From Alphaproteobacteria bacterium (GTDB lineage Bacteria; Pseudomonadota; Alphaproteobacteria; UBA7887), in the NCBI GenBank assembly GCA_965216755.1, contig CBDCGL010000011.1:1696001-1760000 (forward strand): a stretch of 64,000 nucleotides of DNA, in the 5' to 3' direction. The notes beneath the pieces were generated by a model. It did no database searches. It saw only the letters and a list, made by a program, of their open reading frames with translations, and was not told the DNA's origin. Shown here piece by piece: positions 29,093-39,042 of the stretch. Position numbers and translations under genes: made by a program. The number at the start of each line of letters is the position of its first letter. Position 1 is the first letter of the stretch.

Positions 29093-31228
29093 CTAACTAT
29101 TTGACGAAGTTTCGTCCGACTCTGGCCGGGCACCGAAATGCGCCCATTTTGCCCGACCACCACGGTTCTCGATGTGATTGAGCAAAGCTGAGACGACCCG
29201 TCGATCAAAGATGCCGCCCGCATCCTCGAGCAGCGCGTTGGCCGCGTGATCCAGAGACATCGCGTCGCGATATGCGCGAACGCTCACCATGCCAACGAAG
29301 GCGTTGGCCACGGCAAGGATGCGCGCGCACATCTCGATTGCCTCACCCCGCAAGCCCAAGGGGCCGCTGCCATCCCATCGCTCTTTCGCTTGACGCACCG
29401 TCTCGACGACCGGCCCGTCGAAATCTACGCCGGCCAGTAAGCGCGCGGTTTCCTCACACAACCCGTTGAGCTGCGCACGTTCATCATCGGTGAGCGCGTC
29501 GGTTTTGCGCAGCAATTCCGGTGCGACCAGCAATTTGCCAACATTGAGCAAACGACCGGCAATTTCGACAGTCTCGACTTGCTGCTCACTCAGCCGCATT
29601 TCTTGTGCGATCGCCCGCGCGACGTCGGACACATGGGCTGACTGGCCGGCAGCGAAAGGATCGCGGCGATCGACCAACCCAACCAGCGTCTCGATCAGTT
29701 GGCCAAGCACACGTTCGCGTCGCTCCTGCGCCGTGACGACGTTTGTAATGTCGTCAAAGCGGACGAGCACCCCATCCGGTCGCAGGCGGGTCACCGGCAA
29801 GCGCAGATGAATCGTCGTGACCACATGGTGTTGGCCATCTTCGTCGTACCGGTGAACATGGTGGGCAGGAAGGCCGTTATCCAAGACCCTCTTGTTGATC
29901 GCTTCGATGGCGGCAGCCCGCGCCGGACCGATGACCTGCGTCATGGTCTTGCCGATCATATCGCGCGGATGCATTTCAACCGCTTGCGCCGCCGCCATAT
30001 TGGCGAAAATGTAGCGCCCGGCCCGATCAACGGCGATCAACGGGTCGGTCAAGCCATCGGTGACGACGCGCAGGAAACTTGTAACATTCTCGAATTTCTC
30101 GGCGGTTTCGCGATAGCGTTCGGCCGCTGCCGTGGCGCGCAACGAGCTGCCATGACGCCAGACTGCCACCAAAGCAATCGCGACTCCGGCGAGTATGGTC
30201 AAAAAGATCGTCGACAGCGTCCGCGCGCGTGCGTTGATTTCCGTTAGCGCCTCGCGTGACGCTATGGTCCGTACAATATACCAGGGCGCTTGGGTCAGTG
30301 CCCGCCCGGTCACCAAGACATCTTCGCTCTTGTAGTCCCGACCAATGGCGAACCCGCCGGGTCTGCCAATGACAAATGCCGCCGCCAGATCCGGCGTATC
30401 TTGCGCTAGCACACGTTTGAGGGGCGCAGAGCCATCACTGAGTGGCGACAGATATTCGATGGTTTCTGCGCCCTTGCGAACCAAATACGTTTCCGCGCCG
30501 GCCGGCACATCGCCGGGTTGTTGGAGTTGGTCGAACAGCTCATTTCCGACCAGCCGTAAACCGACGACCAGACCTATGGGTTCAGACGCGCCATCGTCTG
30601 CCTGAATGGCGTAGACGGGCACCGCGAAGCCCATGGTTGGTTCACCGCTGGCGCCGACATACATGTCGGCAACACCGATGCGGCCGCTTGCCGCATCGGC
30701 CATGGCACGTCGGACGGTGCCGGCCGGCGGCGGCATCGTTGCCGTTGCCACGACAACATTCCCGTTCACGTCGGTTAGCGCGAGGCCGGCAAGCCCGACC
30801 CGTTCGACATTTGCGGCGACGATATCGGCGGTATCGGCTATGGGCGTGTCGAAACCGCTTCGCTGGGCCGTCACCTCCAAAAGGTTGCGAAGGTACGAAT
30901 ATTCCGCCGGTTCCGGCTCGCTCGCGCCCCCGTCGGACGGCAGCATGAGCTCGGTCATGTAGATTTGCAGCGATGCGTTATCCGCAAGGTCGCGCAAATT
31001 GGCGATTTGTGAATCCAGCCATTGACCGACCGCGGCCGCGCGCGTGTCAGCAACTACGCCCAACCGAACCTGCCACGACTGAAGATCGCGCTGTCGCTCT
31101 GCTTCGACAAACCGGAAAACACCCCAGACCCCGGCAAATCCAGCCAGAATGAAAGCGACCGCGACGACTATGACGAAGCGGTTTGCGCGCCCCGTCGGAA
31201 TACGTCCGCCGATCGCCAGCTCAGACAT
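29093..31228 (-). CDS. Membrane protein: TM - periplasmic Cache-like domain - TM - PAS - degenerate HD-GYP domain
   Basis: Two TM helices around a ~300-aa periplasmic region; HD-GYP scaffold DPF..GQS, LLNVGK, AKERWDGSGP.GL.G, ARILAVAN, RAYR with metal ligands substituted. Confidence 0.88.
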   Translation of the reverse strand: MSELAIGGRIPTGRANRFVIVVAVAFILAGFAGVWGVFRFVEAERQRDLQSWQVRLGVVADTRAAAVGQWLDSQIANLRDLADNASLQIYMTELMLPSDGGASEPEPAEYSYLRNLLEVTAQRSGFDTPIADTADIVAANVERVGLAGLALTDVNGNVVVATATMPPPAGTVRRAMADAASGRIGVADMYVGASGEPTMGFAVPVYAIQADDGASEPIGLVVGLRLVGNELFDQLQQPGDVPAGAETYLVRKGAETIEYLSPLSDGSAPLKRVLAQDTPDLAAAFVIGRPGGFAIGRDYKSEDVLVTGRALTQAPWYIVRTIASREALTEINARARTLSTIFLTILAGVAIALVAVWRHGSSLRATAAAERYRETAEKFENVTSFLRVVTDGLTDPLIAVDRAGRYIFANMAAAQAVEMHPRDMIGKTMTQVIGPARAAAIEAINKRVLDNGLPAHHVHRYDEDGQHHVVTTIHLRLPVTRLRPDGVLVRFDDITNVVTAQERRERVLGQLIETLVGLVDRRDPFAAGQSAHVSDVARAIAQEMRLSEQQVETVEIAGRLLNVGKLLVAPELLRKTDALTDDERAQLNGLCEETARLLAGVDFDGPVVETVRQAKERWDGSGPLGLRGEAIEMCARILAVANAFVGMVSVRAYRDAMSLDHAANALLEDAGGIFDRRVVSALLNHIENRGGRAKWAHFGARPESDETSSNS

Positions 31229-31409
31229 GGGTTATCGACCGCACGCCGCGCGCGCGCCGCCGCGGCCAACCTTCGGCTCCTGAACAACGACGGTATTTCC
31301 GCACGTCCCCCGCCCCGCCTGACTTAATCGATGGGTGCTCGACACAGCGCGATAGTATCAACGCCGAGTGTTAACGAAGTCCTCATTACTGAAGTGTTAA
31401 CGTGGGGTT

Positions 31410-32093
31410 ATGATCATGCCCCATCAAAGCCCAGCGTTACCGCCCATTGTCCGCCGCGGGTGTCTCGCTCTAGCGATCGCCGTGATCGCTTGGTGCGGAA
31501 ATATGACCACCGTCACAGCGGAAACCGATGCGGCGATATTTCGCAGTACCGAGATTCGCAAGGATGGCCTGCGCCCATTTCCCAAATGGACAGGTGCCCT
31601 GGAAAAATACTTCCAGGAACGAGCCAATGCTGAGGGCGGTTGCGAAGCACCGGAATTCAACCGCTGCCACTATGAAGCCTGGCAAACATTTATCGATAGT
31701 TTGCGCGATCGAGACCTCAAGACCCAACTCAAAGAAGTCAATCGGTTCATGAACCGGCGGCGCTACATCACCGATCCGATCAACTGGGGTGTCAAGGATT
31801 ATTGGGAATCACCCGGCGAATTTTTCGAAAAATATGGTGATTGTGAAGATTATTCGATTGCCAAATTCTTGACCCTGCGCGCGCTGGGGATCAATCCGGA
31901 CAACATGCGGATTGTGATTGTTATGGATTTAAACCTGAACGTTCAACATGCCGTATTGGGTGTATATCAAGATGGCAAAATCTTGGTCCTCGACAACCAA
32001 CTCTCCATTGTTGTCGAAGATCGTCGCATCCGTCATTACAGGCCGCTTTATTCGGTGAATGAAACCGGTTGGTGGAAACATCGCGCTCTGTGA
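31410..32093 (+). CDS. lapG: Transglutaminase-like cysteine peptidase (BTLCP, LapG homolog)
   Basis: Signal peptide, FPKW, VNRFMN, D..NWG..DYWESP.EF, GDCEDYSIAK, HAVL, LDN (Cys-His-Asp triad intact). Confidence 0.9.
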   Translation: MIMPHQSPALPPIVRRGCLALAIAVIAWCGNMTTVTAETDAAIFRSTEIRKDGLRPFPKWTGALEKYFQERANAEGGCEAPEFNRCHYEAWQTFIDSLRDRDLKTQLKEVNRFMNRRRYITDPINWGVKDYWESPGEFFEKYGDCEDYSIAKFLTLRALGINPDNMRIVIVMDLNLNVQHAVLGVYQDGKILVLDNQLSIVVEDRRIRHYRPLYSVNETGWWKHRAL

Positions 32094-32103
32094 CGATTGA
32101 CAA

Positions 32104-32140
32104 GAGCCCGTTCCCTGGTGCCAAATCCGGAAACGGGCTC
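32104..32140. terminator. Hairpin between convergent lapG and cytochrome b genes
   Basis: GAGCCCGTTCC ... GGAAACGGGCTC inverted repeat. Confidence 0.55.
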
Positions 32141-32153
32141 TGTTGAAGACAGC

Positions 32154-32693
32154 TTATTTGCTGTCCGCTGCAATCGCTACACGTTTGCGTCCTGTGATCA
32201 TGGCGCGAACGAGGTTCTCGTGGTGGCGGACACTGGCGAAGACAACGCCAGCAATGTGCAGTGCGATCAGAAGCAACAGCCCATGGGCTAAAAGCTCGTG
32301 CGTTTCCTCAACCCATTCAACGCCCCAGAAGGCGTCGGTTGTGTAGAGCCAACCGGTAACGCATAAACCTGCCATGCATAAGATCAGCATCACGATCATG
32401 GCACCACCAGCAGGATTGTGGCCGACAAATCGGTCTTCCCGCCCGCGGAGCATGTCCTTTAGATAGCCAAGGACAACCGCCGGAGACCTGACAAACTTCG
32501 AGAAACGCGCATAGCGTGTTCCCACCAGCCCCCAAAAGAGGCGGATCGCGATCAGACCGCCTGCCACATAACCGGCGGCCTCGTGCATGCGCTCCCAGTC
32601 GTCCGCGCTGAGCCATGCGACCACAAAACTCGCTACGAGAGCCCAGTGAAAAATGCGCACGACCGGGTCCCAAACCTTGACAGTCCGCGCCAT
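32154..32693 (-). CDS. Di-heme cytochrome b (cytochrome b/b6, Ni/Fe-hydrogenase cyt b-like)
   Basis: VWDPVVRIFHW, HEAAGY, GHNPAG, HELLAH, LHIAG, ENLVRAMITGRK. Confidence 0.9.
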   Translation of the reverse strand: MARTVKVWDPVVRIFHWALVASFVVAWLSADDWERMHEAAGYVAGGLIAIRLFWGLVGTRYARFSKFVRSPAVVLGYLKDMLRGREDRFVGHNPAGGAMIVMLILCMAGLCVTGWLYTTDAFWGVEWVEETHELLAHGLLLLIALHIAGVVFASVRHHENLVRAMITGRKRVAIAADSK

Positions 32694-32697
32694 GGCC

Positions 32698-32967
32698 TCA
32701 GTCTTCCAACTCGGCTGACACGAGTGTCAAAGTCTTGGGGTCATAGTAGTTTTCATAGCGTCGTCCGTCCGCGTCCACGCCATAGACTTCGTAGCAGCCA
32801 TCGTCGACCTTGATCCGCCTGACCGTCCAGCCGGCGCCCTCCAATTGTCGCTGCAGGTCTTCTTGCGGCCGCCATTCCGCTTCCGGAACCGAGCATTTGT
32901 CGCTCGCCATGGCGACACTTCCAATGCTTGTCGACAGAAGAAATATCGTACCGATCAGAGCTTTCAT
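32698..32967 (-). CDS. PepSY-domain secreted protein
   Basis: Signal peptide, C..P...W, GWTVRRIKVDDGCYEVYG, YDPKTL. Confidence 0.88.
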   Translation of the reverse strand: MKALIGTIFLLSTSIGSVAMASDKCSVPEAEWRPQEDLQRQLEGAGWTVRRIKVDDGCYEVYGVDADGRRYENYYDPKTLTLVSAELED

Positions 32968-33019
32968 CGGGGAACCTCATTTGTTTGATTGCTGATAAGG
33001 TGCATTCTGCCGGGTGCGG

Positions 33020-33068
33020 CTGACAGCAAGCTGAAACGAAGGGAGAATCTTGTTCAGGTTCCTGTAAG
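33020..33068. promoter_or_regulatory. Two oppositely oriented candidate response-regulator boxes in the divergent promoter
   Basis: CTGACAGCAAGCTGAA (33020-33035, +) and CTTACAGGAACCTGAA (33053-33068, -), 13/16 identical, each an 11-bp-period direct repeat. Confidence 0.6.
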
Positions 33069-33109
33069 AGTACTGGGCAAGAGTCGGTGCGCGTGAAACG
33101 AAGAAGCCG

Positions 33110-33772
33110 ATGCGGATACTGCTCATCGAAGACGAACCGACCCTAGGCGAAGCGGTGCAAGAGCACGTCGCTGGCATGGGACATGCGGTCGATTGGGTGT
33201 TGCGCCTTGACGACGCCGAACTCGCGCTAAGAGCCGTCGACTATGGTCTGATTTTGCTGGACCTGCACTTGCCGGACGGTCTTGGCCTGGATTTGCTCAA
33301 GTCGCATCGACAAGGCGGCAGCCAATGCCCAGTCATCATATTGACCGCCCGGGATCAGATTCGTGACCGCATCGAAGGGCTCAACGCGGGCGCCGACGAT
33401 TATTTGGTAAAGCCATTCGACTTGGACGAACTCAGTGCGCGTATCCAGGCCGTGGCCCGTCGCTATGCCGGCAAGCCGAATCCGATTGTGCGTGTCGGTA
33501 CCGCTGAAATCGATCAAGCCGCGCGCTGCGTGAAATTGCGCGGTCAGGAGATCATCTTGACCCATCGCGAATGGGCCATCGTCGACCAACTGCTGCAAAG
33601 GCCGAACCAAATCCTGTCGAAAAGCCAACTGGAAGAAGCGCTTTATCCGTTTGGCGCCGAAATCGAAAGCAACGCGGTCGAAGTTTATGTCAGCCGTATT
33701 CGCAGAAAACTCGGTCGTGAGGCAATCAAAACCGTGCGCGGCGTTGGCTATCGTCTGGGATCGGAGCCGTGA
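33110..33772 (+). CDS. OmpR/QseB-family response regulator
   Basis: LLIEDE, LLDLHLPD, LTARD, GADDYLVKPF, TVRGVGY. Confidence 0.95.
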   Translation: MRILLIEDEPTLGEAVQEHVAGMGHAVDWVLRLDDAELALRAVDYGLILLDLHLPDGLGLDLLKSHRQGGSQCPVIILTARDQIRDRIEGLNAGADDYLVKPFDLDELSARIQAVARRYAGKPNPIVRVGTAEIDQAARCVKLRGQEIILTHREWAIVDQLLQRPNQILSKSQLEEALYPFGAEIESNAVEVYVSRIRRKLGREAIKTVRGVGYRLGSEP

Positions 33773-35112
33773 GCAATTGGAGCATCTCCGGGCGTTTAAT
33801 TACTATCCTAACGGTTGCGTTTGGTGGTTTCTGGCTTCTCGGCGTGGCGGCGTCCGCATTGGTCATGCGCCATGAGATCAACGAAGTGTTCGACAGCGCG
33901 CTCCAGGAAACGGCGCAGCGACTGTTACCCCTGGCAGCCGCGCAATACGTTGATTTTGACGACCATGACGATGGCGATGATGCACACGAGATCGCTGATA
34001 TGTTTTTGATTGCCGAGCACAAGGAATATCTCATTTATCAGGTGCGCAATGCCATCGGCACTGTTCTTATTCGTTCACATGATGCGCCGCATTCACCGTT
34101 TCCTGTTCCGTTGCAACATGGCTTCTTCGAATCTGATGGCCAACGTTTCTATAGCGAAGTCAGCCGCCGCGGCGACCTGATCATCCAAATCGGCGAACCT
34201 ATTGGCCATCGCACCGAAGCGATTGTCGAGAGCCTCAGCTGGCTAAGCGCACCGTTGCTCATTTTCATACCCCTAAGCGGACTTTCCATCTGGCTCACCG
34301 TGCGGACCACTTTGCGACCGATCGGCGTGGTTCGTGAGGAAATCGGCCGGCGTAGCGGCCTCCACCTCGCGCCGATCTCCGACACCGCGATGCCCGCCGA
34401 GTTGGCGCCAGTCACTCAAGACATCAATCGATTGTTGGAAAGACTCAGCCGTGCGCTGGAAAGCGAACGCGCCTTCGCCGCCAACAGTGCGCACGAGCTC
34501 AGGACGCCAATCGCCGCGGCGCTTGCCCAGACGCAGCGGCTCAGTGACCTTTTGTCTGGCAGCGCGCACCAATCGCGTGCCAACTCTATCGCGATGAGCC
34601 TACAAGACCTGAGTAGATTGGTTGAAAAGCTGCTGCAGCTCTCTCGGCTTGATGCCGGACTCGCGCTGACGCGCGAGCGCGTCGATCTGTTACCCGTGGT
34701 CAAACTTCTCATTGATGAATATCGCCACCGCCCTGACTCGGCAACACGGCTACAATTCGTACCGCCACATGATTTCGAGTTGTGCGCTTGTGTAGACGTG
34801 GACGCGTTCGGCATCGCGTTGCGCAATATCTTGGACAACGCGCTCACCCACGGCCCCCAGGATGCCCCAATCAATATTGTCGTGACCGCTGACAAGACAA
34901 TCTCGGTCGTGAATCCAGGCCCCGTGGTGCCGCCCGAGCGTCTTGCGAAACTCACTCACCGGTTTGAACGCGGCGCGACAGCAAGCCGCGGCTTCGGATT
35001 GGGCCTTGCGATCGCCGATATGGTCATGCGCCAGTCGGGCGGATGTCTGCAAATCTACTCGCCAGCACGTGGTCGTGACGACGGATTCGAGGTTGTGTTA
35101 TGTCTCGATTAG
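33769..35112 (+). CDS. Sensor histidine kinase (QseC/BasS-like)
   Basis: Two TMs, AHELRTP, NILDNALTHG, GFGLGLAI; acidic/His periplasmic patch DFDDHDDGDDAHE. Confidence 0.93.
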   Translation: MSNWSISGRLITILTVAFGGFWLLGVAASALVMRHEINEVFDSALQETAQRLLPLAAAQYVDFDDHDDGDDAHEIADMFLIAEHKEYLIYQVRNAIGTVLIRSHDAPHSPFPVPLQHGFFESDGQRFYSEVSRRGDLIIQIGEPIGHRTEAIVESLSWLSAPLLIFIPLSGLSIWLTVRTTLRPIGVVREEIGRRSGLHLAPISDTAMPAELAPVTQDINRLLERLSRALESERAFAANSAHELRTPIAAALAQTQRLSDLLSGSAHQSRANSIAMSLQDLSRLVEKLLQLSRLDAGLALTRERVDLLPVVKLLIDEYRHRPDSATRLQFVPPHDFELCACVDVDAFGIALRNILDNALTHGPQDAPINIVVTADKTISVVNPGPVVPPERLAKLTHRFERGATASRGFGLGLAIADMVMRQSGGCLQIYSPARGRDDGFEVVLCLD

Positions 35113-35121
35113 TTAGATGCG

Positions 35122-36447
35122 CTAGCGTTCGCGCAAAGCACGCCCCTTGGCGCGCAGAATCGGTTTAAGCAAATAGTCAAGCACTGTTTTCTTACCGGTC
35201 AAGATATCGACCTCGGCGATCATGCCGGGAATTATTGGCAGCGTGGCGCCACCTTTCCCTTCCAAGAAATTTCTCTCCGTCCTTACGGTAATCTCATAGA
35301 ACGATTCGCCATTTTCATCGGTAATCGTGTCGGCACTAATTTTTTGTAGCGTTGCGTCGAGACCGCCATAGATCGAAAAGTCATAGGCTGTAATCTTCAC
35401 TTTCGCCGTTTGGCCCGGGTGCAAGAACGCAATATCGGAAGGGCGTATCCGTGCCTCGACCAGAAGGTTGTCCTCCAACGGCACGATCTCGATCAAATCA
35501 GCGCCCGGCTGCATCACACCGCCTACCGTATTGATCATGATTTGCTTCACTGTGCCTTCGACCGGCGATCGCACTTCTGTGCGCCGCACGCGATCGGCGG
35601 CCGAGGCAAGTGATTCCGTAATCGCCGCCAACTCACCGCGCGCCCGCGCCAGGTCAACCGCGACCTCGGATTGAAACGCGGCGTTGCGTTCCTCGATGCG
35701 ACGCCGGACTTCGTTGAGCGCGGCACGCGCCCGCGGTACCGACTCTTGGGCCGTCTCCAGGTCACCAGACATGTCGTTAATTTGGCGCTCAAGGCGAATC
35801 AGCTCGATCCGCGCACTCACGCCTTGCGCCACGAGCGGTTCCAAAATGGAAAGCTCCTCGCGACCCAATCTCAAATTGCCACGCAATTGACGGATCCGAG
35901 CGTCAAGTTCGGCCAATTCCTGCGAACGTTGATCCGCCTGCCGGCGCAGCACTTCGATGCCGGTTTCCAGTTCCGATTGGCGCGCCTTATAGACCGCCAA
36001 CTCGCTTTCGATCAGGTCGGGCCGCTCCGTCGTGACTTCGTCGGCAAAGGTTGGTACTTCGCCGTCGCGTTCGGCGACCAGGCGGGCGATGGTTGCGCGC
36101 AACGCCAATACATTGGCCCGATCTTCACGATATTTGGAGGCGACGAGCGTATCATCGATAGTCAACAGAACCTGGCCGGGTTGCACGATTTCGCCTTCGC
36201 GGACGTGCACCGCCGACAATATGCCGCCTTCCAAATTCTGCACGATTTGTAGTTGGCTTGACGGGATCACGCGCCCCTGACCAGCGGTGACTTCATCCAA
36301 GGTCGCGACACTGGCCCAGACGCCGGCCGCGACGAAAAACGCGACGATCGACAGCAACAAAATATGCGCAGACAGGCGCGGGCCACGCATAACAGCCGCG
36401 CGCAAATCCGACATGAATGCGATATCTTCACTCCGCGCGCTATGCAT
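35122..36447 (-). CDS. Type I secretion periplasmic adaptor (HlyD/LapC-like)
   Basis: GRVIPS...VQNLEGG, RSPVEG, IVP, VKITAYDFSIYG, IPGM, TVLDYLLKP. Confidence 0.95.
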   Translation of the reverse strand: MHSARSEDIAFMSDLRAAVMRGPRLSAHILLLSIVAFFVAAGVWASVATLDEVTAGQGRVIPSSQLQIVQNLEGGILSAVHVREGEIVQPGQVLLTIDDTLVASKYREDRANVLALRATIARLVAERDGEVPTFADEVTTERPDLIESELAVYKARQSELETGIEVLRRQADQRSQELAELDARIRQLRGNLRLGREELSILEPLVAQGVSARIELIRLERQINDMSGDLETAQESVPRARAALNEVRRRIEERNAAFQSEVAVDLARARGELAAITESLASAADRVRRTEVRSPVEGTVKQIMINTVGGVMQPGADLIEIVPLEDNLLVEARIRPSDIAFLHPGQTAKVKITAYDFSIYGGLDATLQKISADTITDENGESFYEITVRTERNFLEGKGGATLPIIPGMIAEVDILTGKKTVLDYLLKPILRAKGRALRER

Positions 36448-36495
36448 GGTTGCACCCCATCACGTGCGCGGCCCCAGGGCCCGCCGGATATGCGA

Positions 36496-38757
36496 TCATG
36501 CTTTTGCCGCCCGCAATTTGCCGCCCGCCAGGGCGTCGATCACCGCTTGGCGTGGACCGTCGGCGACGACTCGACCGCCGTCGAAGACAATCAGCCTGTT
36601 GACCAGCGACAATAATGAGGCCCGGTGCGTTACCAAGATCAATGTACGATCGGGCAACATGCCGCCAAGACGGGTTTTGAAGGCGTCTTCGCCGCGCGTG
36701 TCCATTGAACTGGTCGGCTCGTCGAAAATTAGAATCGGTGGCTCATTCAGCAGCGCCCGGGCGATGGCGATTGTCTGACGTTGTCCGCCGGACAGCCCCT
36801 CGCCCCGTTCCCCAATCGGTAAGTCGTATCCCATCGGATGCTGGCTGACGAAATCGTCGGTACCGGCCATGATCCCCGCGCTCAGAATTGCCGCGTCATC
36901 GGCGTGGCCGGTCGCAACCGTGATGTTCTCGCGTACGGTACCGGCGAACAGATAAACGTCCTGGGGGACATAACCAATGCTGCGCCGCAGGTCGACAGGG
37001 TCGATTTGGCGAATGTCTGTGCCGTCGACCAAAATCGAACCGTCGCTTGGCTCGAACAAACCCAAAATCAGCTTTGCGACCGTACTCTTGCCAGAGCCGA
37101 CGCGCCCGATAAGACCAACCCTTTCCCTGGGCGCGATCTTGAAGCTTACGCCTTTGAGCGCTTCGATATCGCGGCCCGGGTAGCGGAAACGCACGTCTTG
37201 AAAAGTGATACCACCCTTCAGCTCGGGCCGGTGCAGGAACTTCTTCAAAGGCGGCCGTTCCACCGGCGCCCGCATGATTTGGTTGAGGGCGCGCAAGGAT
37301 GCCATAGAACGGTGGAAACGGGTCAGCAACTGGGCTACTTGCACCAGAGGCGCCAAAGCACGGTGGCTTAGCATCACGCACGCGATCAACCCGCCCACGG
37401 TCAAGGCACCGTCCTTGATCAGATAGACGCCGTAAATGACAACGCCAACAGCGGTCATCTGAGACACCAAAGTTGCGAAATGGACCGCCGCTTGCGATAT
37501 CACGCGCGCGCGCAACGACGACGTCGCGGTTAGGCCGACAAGCCCTTCCCATTTGTGGCGCATACGCGCTTCACCGCCAAGGCTCTTGAGTGTTTCCAAG
37601 CCGTTGAGCGATTCGACCAACACGCCGTGTTTTTGCTCGGCTTCGCGAACATTGCGTTGTATGACCACATTCAGCGGAATCTGCATGAGTAGGCCGACGA
37701 TCAGGACCAGCGGAATGGTCGCCATCAACACATAGGCAATCGGGCCACCGACGGCCCAAATCACCAAAACGAAAAACACGACAAACGGCAGGTCGACCAC
37801 AGCGGCAAGGGTTGCCGAGGTGAAGAAATCCCGCAGTGTTTCAAACTCACGCAACGTATTTGCAAAGGCGCCAGCAGATGCCGGGCGCGCCGCCATTCGC
37901 ATGTCGAGCACTTGTTCGAATATGCGCGATGCCAGGATCACATCGGCGCGCTTTCCAGCCATGTCGATGAAATAGCCGCGCAAATGCTTGAGCAAGAAAT
38001 CGAACAGATAGACACAGCCCACACCGGCCGCGAGCACCCACAGCGTTTCCACGGCATCATTCGGGACGACCCGATCGTACACCGTCATGATGAACAGCGG
38101 TGTCGCCAAGGCAAACAGATTGATCAGAATGGCGGCCAGCGCCACCTGGATGTATGACCACCAGCTCTTGGCTAAGGTTCCCCAAAACCAAGAATGAGCT
38201 TTGGGGATTGCTTGACGATCTGTCTGCGTGTGGTCTTCAAAGTGAAAAGTGGGCCGGACGTAGATTGCATAACCGACATAATCGTCCGCCAATGCGCCGA
38301 GATCCGCGTCAATCGTACCACCGCCGGATTCAGGCGTAACGATCTTGGCAGCACGCCGGCCCGGCAGATCAACCAGGACGCAGGCGCGCCCATCGTTCAG
38401 GATCAAGACGACAGGCAACACGAGCCGCGAGATCGCGGTCAGGCGTCGCTTGACCACTCGGGCACTTAGGCCGGCGCGTTCCGCTGCGCGTACAAATAAC
38501 TGCGGGGTCAAACCTGATCCGGCGTGCGGCAAGCCCGCCATCAAGACACTGCCGGACCGAGGATTGCCGTGGAACCGCGTCAGAAATTCAAGACATTCAA
38601 GGAGCGGATCCTCATGACTAGATGCGGCATCGACCTCGTTGGGAGCTAAATTGGCGCCACTGTCGTCGCCAACCACATAGATCGGTGACGAGGGCGCCTG
38701 CGCGCCTTCGCGAGGCCCGACGTCGAGCGGATGTTTGACTGTCGGCTCTTCCGTCAC
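36496..38757 (-). CDS. Type I secretion permease/ATPase (LapB/LssB-like, with C39-like N-terminal domain)
   Basis: DPLLECL, WFWG, VYDRVVPN, GRVGSGKST, LSGGQRQ, DEPTS. Confidence 0.95.
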   Translation of the reverse strand: MTEEPTVKHPLDVGPREGAQAPSSPIYVVGDDSGANLAPNEVDAASSHEDPLLECLEFLTRFHGNPRSGSVLMAGLPHAGSGLTPQLFVRAAERAGLSARVVKRRLTAISRLVLPVVLILNDGRACVLVDLPGRRAAKIVTPESGGGTIDADLGALADDYVGYAIYVRPTFHFEDHTQTDRQAIPKAHSWFWGTLAKSWWSYIQVALAAILINLFALATPLFIMTVYDRVVPNDAVETLWVLAAGVGCVYLFDFLLKHLRGYFIDMAGKRADVILASRIFEQVLDMRMAARPASAGAFANTLREFETLRDFFTSATLAAVVDLPFVVFFVLVIWAVGGPIAYVLMATIPLVLIVGLLMQIPLNVVIQRNVREAEQKHGVLVESLNGLETLKSLGGEARMRHKWEGLVGLTATSSLRARVISQAAVHFATLVSQMTAVGVVIYGVYLIKDGALTVGGLIACVMLSHRALAPLVQVAQLLTRFHRSMASLRALNQIMRAPVERPPLKKFLHRPELKGGITFQDVRFRYPGRDIEALKGVSFKIAPRERVGLIGRVGSGKSTVAKLILGLFEPSDGSILVDGTDIRQIDPVDLRRSIGYVPQDVYLFAGTVRENITVATGHADDAAILSAGIMAGTDDFVSQHPMGYDLPIGERGEGLSGGQRQTIAIARALLNEPPILIFDEPTSSMDTRGEDAFKTRLGGMLPDRTLILVTHRASLLSLVNRLIVFDGGRVVADGPRQAVIDALAGGKLRAAKA

Positions 38758-39042
38758 GCCGCCGCTCCCAACTCCGTTTCGCTTTGGACGCCGGTCAGCC
38801 GACCAGCCGGCTCACCACCGCGCAATCGTCCATAGTGGCAGACCCGGTGAGCACTTGCGATGTCCCATTCAGATACGACGGGCTGCTCGGGACCACTGCG
38901 CAACGCGAGCCGCCGCTCGTCGCACGACCAGCACTTTGGCCCCCATGGCCCCATCGAATTGTGTGAATTGTAATATAGGCGGCCACGCGATGGTTGCGAC
39001 GACACCACACTCTTCCGTGGTATTGCGCCCAGTACGCGTTAG

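Noticed and set aside
29093-31228. Active c-di-GMP phosphodiesterase
   Set aside because: HD dyad and other metal ligands are substituted
32154-32693. Hydrogenase operon
   Set aside because: Cytochrome b only, in a PepSY/two-component context; no hydrogenase subunits
38754-39008. 84-aa ORF between the TolC and ABC genes, overlapping the ABC start
   Set aside because: No RBS or motif support and atypical composition; not called, though BLASTp or ribosome profiling could rescue it
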